Shown here: positions 63,351 to 64,000 of the stretch, piece after piece
Position numbering within the stretch: position 1 is the first letter of the stretch
How the letters are laid out: each line of letters starts with the position of its first letter
NCBI GenBank assembly: GCA_021740785.1
Contig: JAIOZI010000021.1
Span: 824 to 64,823, forward strand
Reading direction: 5' to 3'
Length of the DNA stretch: 64,000 bases
Origin: Melioribacteraceae bacterium
Lineage (GTDB): Bacteria > Bacteroidota > Ignavibacteria > Ignavibacteriales > Melioribacteraceae
The notes under the pieces: model-generated
Seen by the model: only the letters and a program-made list of their open reading frames with translations
Database searches by the model: none
Told to the model about the DNA's origin: nothing
Translations under genes and position numbers: made by a program

Positions 63351-64000
63351 TTAATTTATCAATGCAACATTCTCAACAGCCCTCATAACTCTTAATAAAT
63401 TTAAGCCCCAAATTTTAGCTATCTGCTCTTCGGTGTAATCTCGTTTCAGTAATTCATATGTTATTTTCCACATATCTCTCATATCTTTTAGATCAGCTAA
63501 AACCGCACCGCCATCAAAATCACTACCTATTCCAACATGATCGATACCAATCAAATTTTTTATATAATCAATATGATCAACTAAATCTGAAACCGTTGCT
63601 AAGTTTGGCGGATACAATTCATTTATCCTCTCCCATTCTGCAGAGACCTTTTTCTTTTCGTCTTCCGGTAAGGACCTGTAATCAGGGTAACTTTTTCTAA
63701 GCTCGGTGTAAGCTGAATCAAGTTTAGGATTTGAAGGCAGGTCTTTTATATAATTACTGTAAAGACAAATTTGAATCACCCCATTTTTTTCTGCAAGTTT
63801 TTTCAGCATGTCATCAGAAAGATTACGAGGATAATCACACAGCGTGCGTGCACATGAATGCGATGCAATAACAGGTGCAGTGGAAACATCAATAACATCA
63901 TTGAATGTATCATCGGATACGTGAGATATATCAACCATAATTCCAAGTTGGTTCATCCTGTTAACGACTCGTCTTCCGAATTCAGTAAGACCGCCTGAGT
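63351..64000 (-). CDS. membrane dipeptidase (peptidase M19 family); 5' end outside the window
   Basis: The frame stays open upstream of the listed Met to the window edge (SGGLTEFGRRVVNRMNQLGIMVDISHVS...). ASHSCAR and GIGSDFDG are M19 metal-site blocks. Confidence 0.8.
   Translation of the reverse strand, partial: SGGLTEFGRRVVNRMNQLGIMVDISHVSDDTFNDVIDVSTAPVIASHSCARTLCDYPRNLSDDMLKKLAEKNGVIQICLYSNYIKDLPSNPKLDSAYTELRKSYPDYRSLPEDEKKKVSAEWERINELYPPNLATVSDLVDHIDYIKNLIGIDHVGIGSDFDGGAVLADLKDMRDMWKITYELLKRDYTEEQIAKIWGLNLLRVMRAVENVALIN

Overview
AT-rich chromosomal window with no rRNA, tRNA or CRISPR array seen. It looks like an FCB-group bacterium of the Ignavibacteria/Bacteroidota type: three cargo proteins carry T9SS C-terminal sorting domains, and there is a PorD/DUF4835 protein and an Hc1 histone-like protein. 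The taxon call is inference. About 54 densely packed protein genes. (i) 1-11.4 kb: PhoD-like phosphatase, an SDR / serine-palmitoyltransferase-like / GNAT trio, a HEAT-cyclophilin protein, and T9SS-related outer-membrane genes. (ii) 11.2-17.1 kb: a 5.7-kb segment bracketed by a 115-bp direct repeat of the 3' end of the upstream gene. It holds a 1.6-kb gene-free field of GTAG-headed REP-like hairpins and two T9SS cargo genes. One cargo gene has an out-of-frame (ACTC)n tract between its SD/ATG and its signal peptide, a phase-variation candidate. (iii) 17.3-29 kb: IDH/homoisocitrate-DH-family enzyme, CstA, fungal-type homoaconitase-like enzyme, PrpD-like dehydratase, YefM-YoeB, a CitD-CitE fusion and CitF. 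(iv) 32.8-37.2 kb: lysine-ketoglutarate reductase, saccharopine dehydrogenase and an ALDH7-type dehydrogenase (saccharopine pathway). (v) 37-53.8 kb: housekeeping and regulatory genes. (vi) 53.9-63.3 kb: a six-gene minus-strand operon encoding a di-heme-b-like membrane protein, a TPR protein, a membrane-anchored 2x[4Fe-4S]/FAD oxidoreductase, a 20-heme and a 46-heme c-type cytochrome, and a 533-aa outer-membrane beta-barrel. This operon is my top candidate for an undescribed system: a porin-cytochrome-type trans-envelope electron conduit with its own cytoplasmic-side input module. All product calls come from motifs read by eye; no database search was possible.
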